50,101 nucleotides of DNA, taken from the NCBI GenBank assembly GCA_964448475.1, contig CAYVBA010000004.1:1-50101 (forward strand), in the 5' to 3' direction. Source of the stretch: an uncultured Coriobacteriales bacterium. Lineage in GTDB: Bacteria; Actinomycetota; Coriobacteriia; Coriobacteriales; CAYVBA01. Shown here one piece after another: positions 27,200-37,714 of the stretch. Within the stretch, counting starts at the first letter, position 1, and each line of letters starts with the position of its first letter. The notes below the pieces were generated by a model. The model had not been told where the DNA came from, searched no databases, and worked only from the letters and a program-made list of their open reading frames with translations. The translations under genes were made by a program, and so were the position numbers.

Positions 27200-29839
27200 G
27201 TGGCAGAAGATAACGAAAGAGAAGAAGAAGTCCGAGAAGACGGTGAAACACCCGATAGCTTGGATATCCATGGCGGAGCGCTGAAGCACTCGGAGCTCTC
27301 CAAGGAGATGAAGACGTCGTTCCTCGAGTACTCGATGAGCGTCATCGTGGCTCGCGCCCTTCCCGACGTCCGTGACGGTTTGAAGCCCGTCCATCGCCGT
27401 ATCCTCTACGCGATGAACGAGTCGGGTATCACGCCCACCCGCCCCCATAAGAAGTCGGCATGGACCGTAGGTGAAGTCATCGGTAAGTACCACCCCCATG
27501 GTGACTCCGCTGTGTACGAGACCATGGTCCGTCTCGCCCAGGACTTCTCCATGCGCGTACCGCTCGTGGATGGTCATGGGAACTTCGGCTCAATCGATGG
27601 TGACTCCGCAGCTGCTATGCGTTATACGGAGTCCCGTCTCACCAGGTCAGCCATGGAGCTACTCCGTGATCTGGACAAGGAGACCGTCGACTACCAGCCG
27701 AACTACGACGAATCGCTGCAGGAGCCTCAGGTCCTGCCCTCACGGTTCCCCAACCTGCTGGTCAACGGCTCATCAGGAATCGCTGTCGGTATGGCCACGA
27801 ACATGGCACCGCACAACATGGGTGAGGCCATCGATGCAACGGTGGCGCTGATAGATAACCCTGAGATCACCGTTGATGAACTCATGGAGCACATCCCCGG
27901 TCCGGACTTCCCGACCGGCGGACTCATCATGGGTTCCGACGGCATCCGTGACGCCTATGCGACGGGCCGCGGTTGCGTGACCGTCAGAGCACGTGCTCAC
28001 ATCGAACAGACCACGACCGGTCGCTCCCGCATCGTCATCACGGAGATCCCGTACCAGGTGAACAAGGGCCGTCTTCAGGAGAAGATCGCGGAGCTCGTCC
28101 ATAACAAGAAGATTACCGAGATCTCGGGCCTGCGTGACGAGTCCGACCGTAAGGGTATGCGCCTCGTCATCGAACTCAAGCGTGACGTCATACCTCAGGT
28201 GGCTCTCAACAAGCTCTTCAAGCACACGCAGCTGCAGAGCAACTTCAACATCATCAACCTGGCACTCGTCGACGGTGTTCCTCGAGAGCTCACGTTGCAC
28301 GAGATTCTCTCGTACTACATCGCTCACCAGGAAGAGGTTATCGTACGCAGGACACGCTATGATCTTCGCAAGGCTGAGGAACGCGCTCACATCCTCGAGG
28401 GATACATCATCGCTCTCGACAACATAGATGAAGTAATCCAGATCATCCGTTCCTCGAACGATGACAAGGAAGCCAAAGCCCGTTTGATGGAGCGCTTCGG
28501 TCTCTCAGAAGCACAGACCGACGCCATCCTGGAGATGCGTCTTCGTAGGCTGACTGGCCTCGAGCGCCATAAGATCGAAGATGAGCTCGCAGAGCTGCGA
28601 CGCCTCATCGCCTACTATAAGGAAATTCTCGGTTCGCGTAATCGCGTACTTGAGGTCATCAAGGAGGAACTCCTCGAGGTCAAGGGGAAGTACGCCGACA
28701 AGCGTCGCTCCGAGATTACCCACGCAGCGCGTGACCTGCAGGTTGAGGACCTCATCGCCGAGGAGGATATGGTCGTCACGATCACCCGCACCGGCTACGT
28801 GAAGCGTCTGCCTGTAGCTACGTACCGTCAGCAGCGCCGCGGCGGCAAGGGTGTGTCGGGCGTCAACCTCAAGGACAACGACTTCGTCGAGACGCTCTTC
28901 GTCTCCTCGACGCACGATTACGTCCTGTTCTTCTCGACGTTGGGCAAGGTCTACCGCCTGAAGGTGCATGAGATCCCTGTCGGTTCGCGACAGGCCCGTG
29001 GTACCGCAATCGTCAATCTCCTCCCGTTCGAAGGGGGCGAGAAGATCGCGGCCGGTATCTCCACACGTGAGTTCCCGGAGGACGAGTACCTGCTCTTCGC
29101 CACGCGCGAAGGTATGGTCAAGCGGACCTCGATGGCTGACTACAACCGGTCGCGTCGTGACGGGATCATCGCCATCAAGCTGCGGGAAGGTGACGAACTC
29201 ATCTCCGTCCGACGCGTGAAGGATGACGACAACGTCATCCTCGTGACCGACAGCGGTAAGGCTATCAAGTGGCAGGCGAGCGAAGCCCGCCCCATGGGCC
29301 GCGACACGCAGGGCGTGAAGGGCATCAACCTGGTCGGGGATGCGAAGGTCCTCGATATGGAGATCTCCAAGACGGACGCCGGTGACCTCTTCGTCATCAC
29401 TGAGAAGGGTTACGGCAAGAGGACCAATCTGGGCGATTACCCCACGCAGAAGCGTGGCGGCCAAGGTGTCTTCACCATCCAGATGACCCAGAAGAAGGGT
29501 GATCTGGCCGCCATGAAGGTAGTCGGTCCGCAGCATGAACTCATGATCGTGTCGGAGGAAGGCGTCGTCATCCGCGTCAAGGCCAAGGACATCTCGCGCC
29601 TCGGCCGCGCCACGCAGGGCGTCAAGGTCATGAACGTCTCCGAAACGGACAAGATCGTCTCCGTGGCACGCATGGCTCCCGCCAAGAAGAAGGAGCCGAA
29701 GGCAGACAAGGAGCTGGAAGGCCAGGAATCACTCGGCCTGAGCGTTGAGGAGGAGCCCGTCGACCTCGGAGATGACACCGAGACGGAGCTCGCCGAAGAG
29801 CTGGTCGCCGAGAGCTTCGACGACGACTCCGAGGAGTAG
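27200..29839 (+). CDS. gyrA: DNA gyrase subunit A
   Basis: [12 protein letters not shown], active-site AAMRYTE, C-terminal beta-pinwheel repeats, acidic tail. GTG start after GAGGAG. Confidence 0.96.
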   Translation: MAEDNEREEEVREDGETPDSLDIHGGALKHSELSKEMKTSFLEYSMSVIVARALPDVRDGLKPVHRRILYAMNESGITPTRPHKKSAWTVGEVIGKYHPHGDSAVYETMVRLAQDFSMRVPLVDGHGNFGSIDGDSAAAMRYTESRLTRSAMELLRDLDKETVDYQPNYDESLQEPQVLPSRFPNLLVNGSSGIAVGMATNMAPHNMGEAIDATVALIDNPEITVDELMEHIPGPDFPTGGLIMGSDGIRDAYATGRGCVTVRARAHIEQTTTGRSRIVITEIPYQVNKGRLQEKIAELVHNKKITEISGLRDESDRKGMRLVIELKRDVIPQVALNKLFKHTQLQSNFNIINLALVDGVPRELTLHEILSYYIAHQEEVIVRRTRYDLRKAEERAHILEGYIIALDNIDEVIQIIRSSNDDKEAKARLMERFGLSEAQTDAILEMRLRRLTGLERHKIEDELAELRRLIAYYKEILGSRNRVLEVIKEELLEVKGKYADKRRSEITHAARDLQVEDLIAEEDMVVTITRTGYVKRLPVATYRQQRRGGKGVSGVNLKDNDFVETLFVSSTHDYVLFFSTLGKVYRLKVHEIPVGSRQARGTAIVNLLPFEGGEKIAAGISTREFPEDEYLLFATREGMVKRTSMADYNRSRRDGIIAIKLREGDELISVRRVKDDDNVILVTDSGKAIKWQASEARPMGRDTQGVKGINLVGDAKVLDMEISKTDAGDLFVITEKGYGKRTNLGDYPTQKRGGQGVFTIQMTQKKGDLAAMKVVGPQHELMIVSEEGVVIRVKAKDISRLGRATQGVKVMNVSETDKIVSVARMAPAKKKEPKADKELEGQESLGLSVEEEPVDLGDDTETELAEELVAESFDDDSEE

Positions 29840-29848
29840 AGGCGTCAG

Positions 29849-30547
29849 TTGTCGGGCGAGAAGAACGTGGACATCCAGAGCCTGAGGAGCGGGATCACCG
29901 CCCCTCAGGCCCTTCTCTTCGATCTCGATGGGACGATCCTGGACACAGGCGCGCTCATCCTCGAATCCATGCGGTACGCCGTGAACGGGTTCGCCGGCTA
30001 TTCGTATCCCGATGAGGTGCTGCTGGCTGGCGTGGGAACGCCTCTCATCACGCAACTCGAGATGATGACGCCGGAGGATCCCGAGGCCACGTTCGCCGCG
30101 TATCAGGAGCACAACCATCTTCATCATGATGATTCAATCGCCGTGTTCGAAGGGATCCCCGCCCTTCTCGCCCAAGTGGAGGAGTGTGGGATACCTTGTG
30201 CTGTCGTGACGTCGAAACGTCACGGGATGGCGGTGCATGGGCTGGAGCTCTTCGGTCTGATGGAGCGCTTCGCGTTTCTTCTCGGCGCTGATGACGTCGT
30301 GCGCGCTAAGCCTGACCCGTTCCCGGTGATCGAGGCGTGTTCTCGGCTCGGGGTGGATGTCGCGTCCACGTGGTACATCGGCGACAGTCCTCACGACATG
30401 AAGTCAGCGAACGACGCCGGAGCTCTGTCCATAGCTGTGACGTGGGGGATGTTCCCACTCGAGGAGATAGCGGTGGAGAGCCCTGACCTGGTGGTCAACT
30501 CTCCGGCCGAACTCAGTGATCTCTTGAGATCGAGTCGTTCGGGATGA
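29849..30547 (+). CDS. HAD-superfamily hydrolase (phosphoglycolate phosphatase/PpaX-like)
   Basis: Motif I LLFDLDGTILDT, motif II VVTSK, motif III/IV K...GDSPHDMKSANDAG. TTG start. Confidence 0.8.
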   Translation: MSGEKNVDIQSLRSGITAPQALLFDLDGTILDTGALILESMRYAVNGFAGYSYPDEVLLAGVGTPLITQLEMMTPEDPEATFAAYQEHNHLHHDDSIAVFEGIPALLAQVEECGIPCAVVTSKRHGMAVHGLELFGLMERFAFLLGADDVVRAKPDPFPVIEACSRLGVDVASTWYIGDSPHDMKSANDAGALSIAVTWGMFPLEEIAVESPDLVVNSPAELSDLLRSSRSG

Positions 30548-31037
30548 AATCCTCGGGCGACACGGTGTCCACGAAACGCTTGAACGCGGAGATCTGCTCG
30601 TCCTCACTCATCTGGCTGAGGCCCATGAGGTAGGGGAACGAAGCGACGTCCATCACTTCATCGGTCACGTAGACGGCTGCCTTCGAGCGCACAGCGAGCG
30701 CGATCGAGTCACTGGGGCGCGCATCTATGTGATGCATCTCATCACCCAAACTCACCGTCATGGTGGCGAAGAAGGTAGTACCTTCGACCTTGTCTATGGT
30801 CACGTGATGCAGGTCCATACCACTGGTGTCCATGAGGACCTTCGTCAGATCGTGTGTGAACGGGCGAGAACGCGGGGAACCTTCGAGCGCCATCCCTATG
30901 GAGGCTGCTTCCGTCGGACCGATCCAGATGGGGAGGACCCGACCATCGGTCTCGAACTCACCGAAAGGCCTCAGGACCACGACCGAAGGGGCGGGAGCGC
31001 TACCTACGATCAGCGTTTCTATAGTCACGGGTATCAT
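30513..31037 (-). CDS. Bifunctional nuclease family protein (DUF151/BFN)
   Basis: VVVLRP....RVLPIWIGPTEAASI, RPFTHDL, IDARPSDSIALAVR. Good SD. Convergent 35-nt overlap with the HAD gene. Confidence 0.75.
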   Translation of the reverse strand: MIPVTIETLIVGSAPAPSVVVLRPFGEFETDGRVLPIWIGPTEAASIGMALEGSPRSRPFTHDLTKVLMDTSGMDLHHVTIDKVEGTTFFATMTVSLGDEMHHIDARPSDSIALAVRSKAAVYVTDEVMDVASFPYLMGLSQMSEDEQISAFKRFVDTVSPEDFIPNDSISRDH

Positions 31038-31163
31038 TTCCTCACCTCTTCCTGTCGATGTCGTCTACATGATGCAGACTATATACCACTCATATGAAGA
31101 ATCTAGCCTGCAGGGTGTTGACCTGCTCACATATTTCCAGTACCGTAATCTTTCGCTTGACGA

Positions 31164-31240
31164 GGGCCTATAGCTCAGTTGGCTAGAGCGCACGGCTGAT
31201 AACCGTGAGGTCACTGGTTCAAATCCAGTTAGGCCCACCA
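31164..31240 (+). tRNA. tRNA-Ile (anticodon GAT), CCA encoded
   Basis: Cloverleaf folded by hand: acceptor GGGCCTA/TAGGCCC, anticodon stem CACGG/CCGTG with loop CTGATAA, T-loop GGTTCAAATCC. Confidence 0.93.
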
Positions 31241-31252
31241 TGCAACCTTGGT

Positions 31253-31295
31253 ATAAACGCCCCAGCGTGAGCCGAGTCGCCGCTGGGGCGTTTAT
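31253..31295. terminator. 15-bp perfect hairpin between the two tRNAs (A-tract/T-tract flanked)
   Basis: ATAAACGCCCCAGCG (31253-31267) pairs with CGCTGGGGCGTTTAT (31281-31295). Confidence 0.55.
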
Positions 31296-31337
31296 GAATC
31301 AGAGGCAGTGCATACCGTATGTCGAGCACCTACCAGT

Positions 31338-31413
31338 GGGGACGTAGCTCAGCTGGGAGAGCGCGGGCTTTGCAAGCCTGAGGCCGAGGGTTCGATCCCC
31401 TTCGTCTCCACCA
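31338..31413 (+). tRNA. tRNA-Ala (anticodon TGC), CCA encoded
   Basis: Acceptor GGGGACG/CGTCTCC with the G3:U70 identity pair, anticodon loop TTTGCAA, T-loop GGTTCGATCC. Confidence 0.93.
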
Positions 31414-31423
31414 GAGAATCCGA

Positions 31424-31451
31424 AGCCAGGAGGCCTTCCTCCTGGCTTTTT
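31424..31451 (+). terminator. Rho-independent terminator after tRNA-Ala
   Basis: AGCCAGGAGG-CCTT-CCTCCTGGCT (10-bp stem, 4-nt loop) followed by TTTT. Confidence 0.8.
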
Positions 31452-31705
31452 CCTTTCACCCTTCCGGTTGAGGATATTATCCGCGAGCGGATATTTCACG
31501 ATCCCTCGTTTCCGCAGGTAGAGAACGAGAATTCTGGGAGTGTTTACCCCGGGGAACTATTTCCGCAGGTACGAACTGCTTTCTTTAGGCTATTTGGATT
31601 GATTGTGTAATTTCATATCTGCTAGACTGTTCGAGCAGTGAGTGGATGTTTGCTTCCTGGACGTCACAGGGAGAGGGAAGCTTAAGTACGAAGAAGGGAT
31701 GTTCA

Positions 31706-32224
31706 ATGACGGAGAAGAAACTCGAGGATCACAAGCTCGAGACCACAGAGGAAGCCAGGGAGGTACACGTCGAGACTGAGGACAAGAAGTTCAAGAAGCT
31801 TCCTGTCGTGATTATCCTCGCCGTTCTCGGCATCGTAATCCTCGCGATCTCGATCGTCACGATCCTGCTCCCGGAGCTGGCCCACAACCAGGTCTACCCC
31901 GGTGAGGAGAACTACGGTGAGCGCGGCAACGCTATGCTCGTGACCCACCAGAGCCAGGATTGTGCCACCTGCCACGAGGGACATGACCCCGTAGCTGACG
32001 GTAACGACTTCTGCTTCACCTGCCATGACAACGACATGGAGAAGCTGCAGCAGGCTACCGCTGACTACCCCATCAACCCGCACAACTTCTATCACGGTGA
32101 AGAGGATTGTGCGAGCTGCCACAAGGTACATGACACTTCCGTCCTGACCTGCGCTGGCTGCCACGACAACATGGCTGATGGTCTGCCTGACTCCGGCTGG
32201 GACGTTCCTGAGCCCTTGATGTAG
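31706..32224 (+). CDS. Membrane-anchored tetraheme c-type cytochrome
   Basis: Four CxxCH motifs (CATCH, CFTCH, CASCH, CAGCH). One N-terminal TM helix (LPVVIILAVLGIVILAISIV). ATG at 31706 chosen over the upstream track start. Confidence 0.8.
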   Translation: MTEKKLEDHKLETTEEAREVHVETEDKKFKKLPVVIILAVLGIVILAISIVTILLPELAHNQVYPGEENYGERGNAMLVTHQSQDCATCHEGHDPVADGNDFCFTCHDNDMEKLQQATADYPINPHNFYHGEEDCASCHKVHDTSVLTCAGCHDNMADGLPDSGWDVPEPLM

Positions 32225-32359
32225 GAACCACCCAGTACTACTGAATTTCCAGGAGGGCCGGCCGGAGTGATCCGGACCGGTCCTTCTCGCTATCCGGACC
32301 CATGTGGTTCGGCTATCATCGCCCTAGCACCACACTAGTCACAACGAGAGGGGAATCGA

Positions 32360-32491
32360 ATGGCAGAAGAGCAGAGCACCGAGCGTTGGGAATGCGTCGT
32401 TTGCGGCTACATCCACGAAGGTCCGCTTCCTGATGACTTCATCTGCCCCATCTGCGGGGTAGGCGCTGACCAGTTCGAGAAGCTCGATTAA
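32360..32491 (+). CDS. Rubredoxin (43 aa; below the ORF-track cutoff)
   Basis: Hand translation: MAEEQSTERWECVVCGYIHEGPLPDDFICPICGVGADQFEKLD*. Two CxxCG knuckles. GAGAGGGG SD upstream. Confidence 0.88.
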   Translation: MAEEQSTERWECVVCGYIHEGPLPDDFICPICGVGADQFEKLD

Positions 32492-32561
32492 GGACGGCCA
32501 CGCACCGAGCGGCGGGTCGTGATGGTGACATTGCGGCCCGCTGTTCGCGTTGAGGCACCGT

Positions 32562-33104
32562 ATGGATAGATACGAAGCACTCCACATATTGGGACTGGAT
32601 GATGATGCGAGCGAGGAGGACGTGCGTCTCGCCTTCCGTGAGCTCGCTCAGATTATGCATCCCGATCGGTTCCAGAAGAACGCCACGCTGCAGGCTCGTG
32701 CGTCGGAGCAGTTCAAGCTCATCAGCAATGCACGCGATGCGCTCCTGAAGGACAACGTCTACACGCGCAAACAGCGGGATCACTCACCTTCGGCAGCCCG
32801 TCCCGCCAGCTCGCCCTCGGGTACGGCGAGCTCAGCCGTGCGCTGGAACGCACTCGAGCAGGCTCGTCTCTATCTCGTGGCTCAGTGCGATCATGAGAAG
32901 GACAACCGTCGCAACGGGCTCATCATGACGCTGGCTGCATTCATCATCTCCCTCGTTCTGCGGAAGTATCCTCCGTTCATGGCCCTCACCTCGGCGTTCG
33001 CCGTCTACGGGGTGGTCTCCGCCATAGCAGCGCATATGCGTGTCCAGACCATCGAGGAACGCCTCAAGGAGATAGTCGAAGAACAGGGCGGACTCCACAC
33101 GTAA
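32562..33104 (+). CDS. J-domain (DnaJ-like) protein with C-terminal membrane helices
   Basis: YEALHILGLDDDASEEDVRLAFRELAQIMHPDRF (HPD motif). Two hydrophobic helices near the C-terminus. Confidence 0.75.
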   Translation: MDRYEALHILGLDDDASEEDVRLAFRELAQIMHPDRFQKNATLQARASEQFKLISNARDALLKDNVYTRKQRDHSPSAARPASSPSGTASSAVRWNALEQARLYLVAQCDHEKDNRRNGLIMTLAAFIISLVLRKYPPFMALTSAFAVYGVVSAIAAHMRVQTIEERLKEIVEEQGGLHT

Positions 33105-33158
33105 GTCACACTCCCGGGTGGTATCATCGTGACCGTTTCCGCCTGAGAGGACTTATTG

Positions 33159-34973
33159 ATGATCCGTGAGGATATCCGCAATATCGCAATAATCGCGCAC
33201 GTAGACCATGGTAAGACCACCCTCGTAGATAAACTTCTGTATGCAGCCGGCACGTTCCGTGAGAACCAGGACGTGGCTGAGCGCGTGTTGGACTCCGGTG
33301 ATCAGGAGCGCGAGCGCGGCATCACGATCCTGGCTAAGAACATCTCGATCACGTACAAGGACACCAAGATCAACGTCATAGACACCCCGGGTCACGCCGA
33401 CTTCGGTGGTGAGGTGGAGCGCGTGCTCCGCATGGCTGATGGTGCGCTCCTCATCGTGGATGCCTTCGAAGGCCCCATGCCGCAGACGCGTTTCGTGCTG
33501 CGCCACGCCATCTCGTTGGGTCTGCGCATCATGGTGGTCATCAACAAGATCGACCGCCCGGGTGCTCGACCGGATGAGGTGCTCGACGAGGTCTTCGACC
33601 TCATGGTGGAGCTCGAGGCGACCGATGAGCAGTTGGATTTCCCCGTCGTCTACGCGAGCGCGCTGAACGGCTTCGCACGTCTCGACCCGAACGATGACGG
33701 CATGGACATGTATCCGCTCCTCGACAGGATCCTCGAGGAGATCCCCGCTCCGGACGTGGATTCATCCGGTCCGGTGGCCCTACAGGTCTGCACCATCGAT
33801 CACTCCAACTTCGTGGGTCGTATCGCGGTGGGCCGTCTGGCCTCCGGCACTATCCACGACGGCGAGAACATCCTGGTCATCAAGAACGACGGAACGCGCT
33901 ATAACGCACAGGTCAAGCAGCTCTACACGTTCGAGTCGCTCGGCCGTGTGGAGGCGGAGGAGGCTGCCGCCGGAGACATCGTGGCCGTCGTGGGCGTGGA
34001 AGACGCTGATATCGGCGATATGATCACCTCCCGCGAGCACCCCATCGTGCTGGACCCCATCAAGGTCGAGCAGCCCACGCTCGCCATCGTCTTCGAGGCA
34101 TCCACGAGTCCGCTCGTGGGCCAGGATGGTGACATCGTGGGTGGTCGCCAGCTCAAGGAGCGCCTCCTCCAGGAGAAGGAAGCCAACATCTCCATGGTCA
34201 TCCAGGAGATTCCCGGCTCCACCGCCATCGAGGTGGCCGGCCGAGGCGTCCTCCACCTCTCCGTCCTCATGGAGACCATGCGCCGCGAAGGCTTCGAATT
34301 CCAGGTGGGCCGCCCCCGCGTCATCTTCTCCACGGGCGAGAAGGGCGAGCGTCTCGAGCCGTATGAGCTCGCCGTCGTGGAAGTCCCTTCGGAATACGCC
34401 GGTAAGGTCATCGAGGTCTTCGGGTCATCCGGTGGTGAGATGTCCGACATGATCACGCGTGAGGAGCAGACGCATCTCGAGTTCCACATCCCCACACGCG
34501 GCATGATGGGGCTTCGCAACCGCATCCTTAACGTCACGCACGGAGAGGGCATCCTCTTCCATAACTTCTACGAGTACGGCCCCTTCCGTGGGGACCTGGG
34601 CGGCCGCAAGGTCGGCTCCATGATCTCCATGTCCACCGAGAAAGCAGTTGCATACGCATTAGATACGCTCCAGCAGCGCGGCAAGCTCTTCGTAGGTCCG
34701 GGCGAGGAGTGCTACGAAGGCATGATCGTGGGCGAGGCGTCCCGTGAGGGTGACCTGGTCGTGAACGTGGCCAAGTCGAAGCAGCTCACCAACATGCGTG
34801 CTGCATCCGCGGATAAGGGCATCCTGCTCACACCTCCGGTGCGCTTCACGCTCGAGGAGGCACTCGAGTACATCGAGGACGATGAACTGGTGGAGATAAC
34901 CCCCAAGAACATCCGACTGAGGAAGCGACTTCTCACCGCGCTCGAGCGGAAGAAGGATAAGGCCAAGAGCTAA
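33159..34973 (+). CDS. typA: Translational GTPase TypA/BipA
   Basis: [38 protein letters not shown], BipA-type C-terminal domain. Confidence 0.95.
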   Translation: MIREDIRNIAIIAHVDHGKTTLVDKLLYAAGTFRENQDVAERVLDSGDQERERGITILAKNISITYKDTKINVIDTPGHADFGGEVERVLRMADGALLIVDAFEGPMPQTRFVLRHAISLGLRIMVVINKIDRPGARPDEVLDEVFDLMVELEATDEQLDFPVVYASALNGFARLDPNDDGMDMYPLLDRILEEIPAPDVDSSGPVALQVCTIDHSNFVGRIAVGRLASGTIHDGENILVIKNDGTRYNAQVKQLYTFESLGRVEAEEAAAGDIVAVVGVEDADIGDMITSREHPIVLDPIKVEQPTLAIVFEASTSPLVGQDGDIVGGRQLKERLLQEKEANISMVIQEIPGSTAIEVAGRGVLHLSVLMETMRREGFEFQVGRPRVIFSTGEKGERLEPYELAVVEVPSEYAGKVIEVFGSSGGEMSDMITREEQTHLEFHIPTRGMMGLRNRILNVTHGEGILFHNFYEYGPFRGDLGGRKVGSMISMSTEKAVAYALDTLQQRGKLFVGPGEECYEGMIVGEASREGDLVVNVAKSKQLTNMRAASADKGILLTPPVRFTLEEALEYIEDDELVEITPKNIRLRKRLLTALERKKDKAKS

Positions 34974-35112
34974 ATATTTGCAGGTTCCATGGAGTCCAGG
35001 GTGCCGCTCGCGATAAACGTGAAGCATCATCTCAAATTCATGCTGCTCTGGTACAAATCTCCATACTGTTCTCCGATTGGAATATGACGCTGAACCGGCT
35101 GGAAGGTATCTG

Positions 35113-36213
35113 ATGCACAAGTCATCCAAGCTCGTCATCCTTACGAGTGCGCTCCTGCTCGCTGTGCTCGCACTCTCAGGGTGTGGATCGGACGGAGCCT
35201 CGAGCTCCAAGGGAACCGGCAGGGTCGTCGCTGAAGTCGGTGAGACCGAGATCCATGAGAGCGCTATAGACGCTGAGCAGCAGAAGGCGATGCAGGCACA
35301 GGGTATGACGGATGAGGGACAGTTCGAGGAATTCCTACACGGGATGGGTCAGACGACCGAATCCTATCGGGCAGGGATCCTCGAGTATCTGGTGCGTACG
35401 GAGATCCTCGAGAGCGTAGCTCGTGAAGAGGGAATCACCGTGACCGATGATGAGCTCACCTCCCAGATCGACGTCATGCGCAAGAGCTATCCCGATGAGC
35501 AGTCGTGGAACGAAGCGCTCACGGCGTCGGGCTTCTCCCCTGAGACCTATCGCGAGACCATCCGCCTGTCCCTTCTCGCCACGAAGGTGAGAGAGAGCGT
35601 CGCGACGGACGTCACCCCAACTCAGGAGGAGATGCAGTCCTTCCTCGATCAGAACGCACAGGATATGGCCGGAAAGCGATCGAGTCACATCCTCTTCAGC
35701 CATGAGGACGAGCAGGCAGCTCATGATGTGCACGAACGGATCGTGAGCGGTGAGCTCGATTTCGCGGAGGCTGCGCAGGAGTATTCGCTCGACGGTTCAG
35801 GCGAGCGCGGCGGTGACGTGGGCTGGGACTCAATGGCCACGTTCGTGCAGGAGTATCAGGATACGCTCGATGGCCTCGCGCTGGATGAGGTTTCCGAGCC
35901 CGTATCCAGCCAGTTCGGCTTCCACATCATCAAGTGCACCGATGTCTTCGAGCCGCAGACCGTGGATGACCACGTGGATATGGCCAGCGTCCCCATGGAC
36001 CTCATGGAGGTCGTCCGTAACATCCTGACCTCGCAGAACTCGCAGGAGAAGTTCGAGAATCACCTGGATGAGGCCATGGAGAGGACCGAAGTCGTCGTGT
36101 ATGACGAGAAGGGCGAGCCCGTGGAGGATCCCTTCTCCGTGGAGGCGTTGCAGCCCGCACCGCTCAGAGACCCAGCGGCTCCTGAGGGCACCGCTACCCT
36201 TGACGCTCAATAG
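35113..36213 (+). CDS. Peptidyl-prolyl isomerase lipoprotein (parvulin, PrsA/SurA-like)
   Basis: Lipobox LALSGC. Parvulin core RSSHILFS...GGDVGW...FGFHIIKC. ATG at 35113 after GGAAGG. Confidence 0.82.
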   Translation: MHKSSKLVILTSALLLAVLALSGCGSDGASSSKGTGRVVAEVGETEIHESAIDAEQQKAMQAQGMTDEGQFEEFLHGMGQTTESYRAGILEYLVRTEILESVAREEGITVTDDELTSQIDVMRKSYPDEQSWNEALTASGFSPETYRETIRLSLLATKVRESVATDVTPTQEEMQSFLDQNAQDMAGKRSSHILFSHEDEQAAHDVHERIVSGELDFAEAAQEYSLDGSGERGGDVGWDSMATFVQEYQDTLDGLALDEVSEPVSSQFGFHIIKCTDVFEPQTVDDHVDMASVPMDLMEVVRNILTSQNSQEKFENHLDEAMERTEVVVYDEKGEPVEDPFSVEALQPAPLRDPAAPEGTATLDAQ

Positions 36214-36275
36214 AACCGAGGTAGGCTCGGGAACCTCACGCGGCCAAGTAGGGTCAGTACCGTTTCCCGCTGCCG

Positions 36276-37145
36276 CTACTCGCGGTGGTCGTTTCCGGGC
36301 TGCGCTTGGAACTGCCCGGTACCTTCGATGTCCTCGATGATCGTGACCTGCTGATAGGAGCCGAGGGGTGTGTCCTCGGTCGTGTCGTTCAGGAGGTCCT
36401 CGATGTTAGGGGAGCCCTCCGACTTCGTGACCTCCACCGTTCCATCCGGGTAGCGCAGGATGTGCTTGATCGGTTTCACCACGTGGCGGCTCAGATCCAC
36501 CGGCGCTGTGGTGCGCCAGTTCAGCCTCACCGAGAGCACGCGCAGCCCCATCGTGACCACCACGCAGAAGATGGCGGCCACCAGCTTCACGATGTGAAGC
36601 TCCACGAGCGCCACGTACGTGAACGAGCCGGCGAATCCAGCGATGGCGTAGAAGTTACCTTGTTGGAAGATCTGCGGGATCTCGTTCAGGAGGAGGTCGC
36701 GGATCACGCCGCCCCCCACGCCGGTGAGGGTTCCCAGCATGATGCTCGCTACCACGCCGTAGTCAGCCATCAGACCTTTCTCCGCTCCGACGAAGGAGAA
36801 GAGGCCGACGGTGAGGATATCGAACGCGAACATGGGGACGCTCGTCAGTTGATCGAGGATATCCCGGAAGTAGAACGCGAGGATCGCGATCATAACGCAG
36901 AGGATGACCGACGAGGGAACCTCCAGGATGTAGACATGGTCGGTTGGCATGAGGATGTCGCGCAACATACCGCCGCCGAGACCCACGACCAGAGACATCA
37001 CGATGACACCCACGATATCCAAGTCTCGGTCCACCGCGACGAGCGCACCGGAGATGGCTCCCGCCATCACCGCGATGTACTCGAGGAAGAACGGTACCGT
37101 GACCGTCGTGGAGGTGGGGGAGGTGTTCGTGGAGATGATGCTCAT
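36276..37145 (-). CDS. TRIC/UPF0126-family (YadS/YicG-like) cation-channel membrane protein with C-terminal soluble extension
   Basis: Two internal repeats with Gly-rich motifs GLGGGMLRDIL and GVGGGVIRDLL. Start uncertain (ATG 37145 versus GTG 37256). Confidence 0.75.
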   Translation of the reverse strand: MSIISTNTSPTSTTVTVPFFLEYIAVMAGAISGALVAVDRDLDIVGVIVMSLVVGLGGGMLRDILMPTDHVYILEVPSSVILCVMIAILAFYFRDILDQLTSVPMFAFDILTVGLFSFVGAEKGLMADYGVVASIMLGTLTGVGGGVIRDLLLNEIPQIFQQGNFYAIAGFAGSFTYVALVELHIVKLVAAIFCVVVTMGLRVLSVRLNWRTTAPVDLSRHVVKPIKHILRYPDGTVEVTKSEGSPNIEDLLNDTTEDTPLGSYQQVTIIEDIEGTGQFQAQPGNDHRE

Positions 37146-37318
37146 GAGGTTCTCGGTGGGCACGGCCGAAGGACCGACCTCGAAAGCGATCAGATGCGCG
37201 AACAGCAGGATGACAGGTGCGACCACTCGTTCACCCTTTCTACGTCGCGCTTCCACAAGACAGCACTACGATACCTGAAATCTCTCAGTTACTGTATACT
37301 GACTAACGCGCTTCGCGC

Positions 37319-37409
37319 GGAGAGCTGTCCGAGTGGCTGAAGGAGCACGATTGGAAATCGTGTGGGCGGCAAAACCGTCTCCGGGGTTCAAATCCCCGGC
37401 TCTCCGCCA
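37319..37409 (+). tRNA. tRNA-Ser (anticodon GGA), long variable arm, CCA encoded
   Basis: Acceptor GGAGAGC/GCTCTCC, anticodon stem CACGA/TCGTG with loop TTGGAAA, T-arm CGGGG-TTCAAAT-CCCCG. Confidence 0.9.
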
Positions 37410-37443
37410 GACGCGTCCTTTCTATAACCACCCAGCACTACTC

Positions 37444-37533
37444 GGAGGGGTGGCAGAGTGGTTGATTGCGGCGGTCTCGAAAACCGTTTACCGGGCGACC
37501 GGTACGGGGGTTCGAATCCCCCCTCCTCCGCCA
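37444..37533 (+). tRNA. tRNA-Ser (anticodon CGA), long variable arm, CCA encoded
   Basis: Acceptor GGAGGGG/CTCCTCC (one G-U), anticodon loop CTCGAAA, T-arm GGGGG-TTCGAAT-CCCCC. Confidence 0.9.
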
Positions 37534-37541
37534 GTAAAAAC

Positions 37542-37590
37542 AAAGCCGTTTCTATCGTAATAGCAGGTAGAGACGGCTTTACTGTTTTCT
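37542..37590 (+). terminator. Rho-independent terminator after the tRNA-Ser pair
   Basis: AAAGCCGT..TCTA...TAGA..ACGGCTTT stem followed by ACTGTTTTCT. Confidence 0.65.
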
Positions 37591-37618
37591 GCTTCGGCTG
37601 ATGACCCTCGCTTGAATC

Positions 37619-37675
37619 GGCACAGAACGGCACATGGGAAAGCGCTGCGGATCCCACATGGCACAAAATGGCACA
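37619..37675. repeat. Four phased GGCACA hexamers (two pairs, 10-bp spacing)
   Basis: GGCACA at 37619, 37629, 37660, 37670. Adjacent 7-bp palindrome GAATCGC-AG-GCGATTC at 37677-37692. Confidence 0.6.
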
Positions 37676-37714
37676 CGAATCGCAGGCGATTCTCGTATTC
37701 CCGCCCCGAAGGAG

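Noticed and set aside
28505-29536. 343-aa minus-strand ORF
   Set aside because: Entirely antisense to gyrA, with low-complexity, stop-free GC-rich frame and no SD or motifs.
31164-31413. tRNA-Ile(GAT)/tRNA-Ala(TGC) pair as a possible remnant of an rRNA operon spacer
   Set aside because: No 16S or 23S sequence flanks them, and each tRNA has its own hairpin terminator. Stand-alone Ile/Ala pairs are normal where rRNA spacers lack tRNAs.
31299-31610. 66-aa minus-strand and 100-aa plus-strand ORFs
   Set aside because: Both overlap the hand-folded tRNA-Ala gene and its terminator.
36285-37340. 351-aa plus-strand ORF
   Set aside because: Antisense to the TRIC/UPF0126 gene, which has clear duplicated GGGxxRD motifs. 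It also runs into the tRNA-Ser gene, and its composition is His/Arg/Asp-rich and non-protein-like.
37659-37675. TGGCAC motifs as a possible sigma-54 -24 element
   Set aside because: There is no TTGC(W) -12 element at the required 4-5-nt spacing, and no gene lies downstream in the right orientation.
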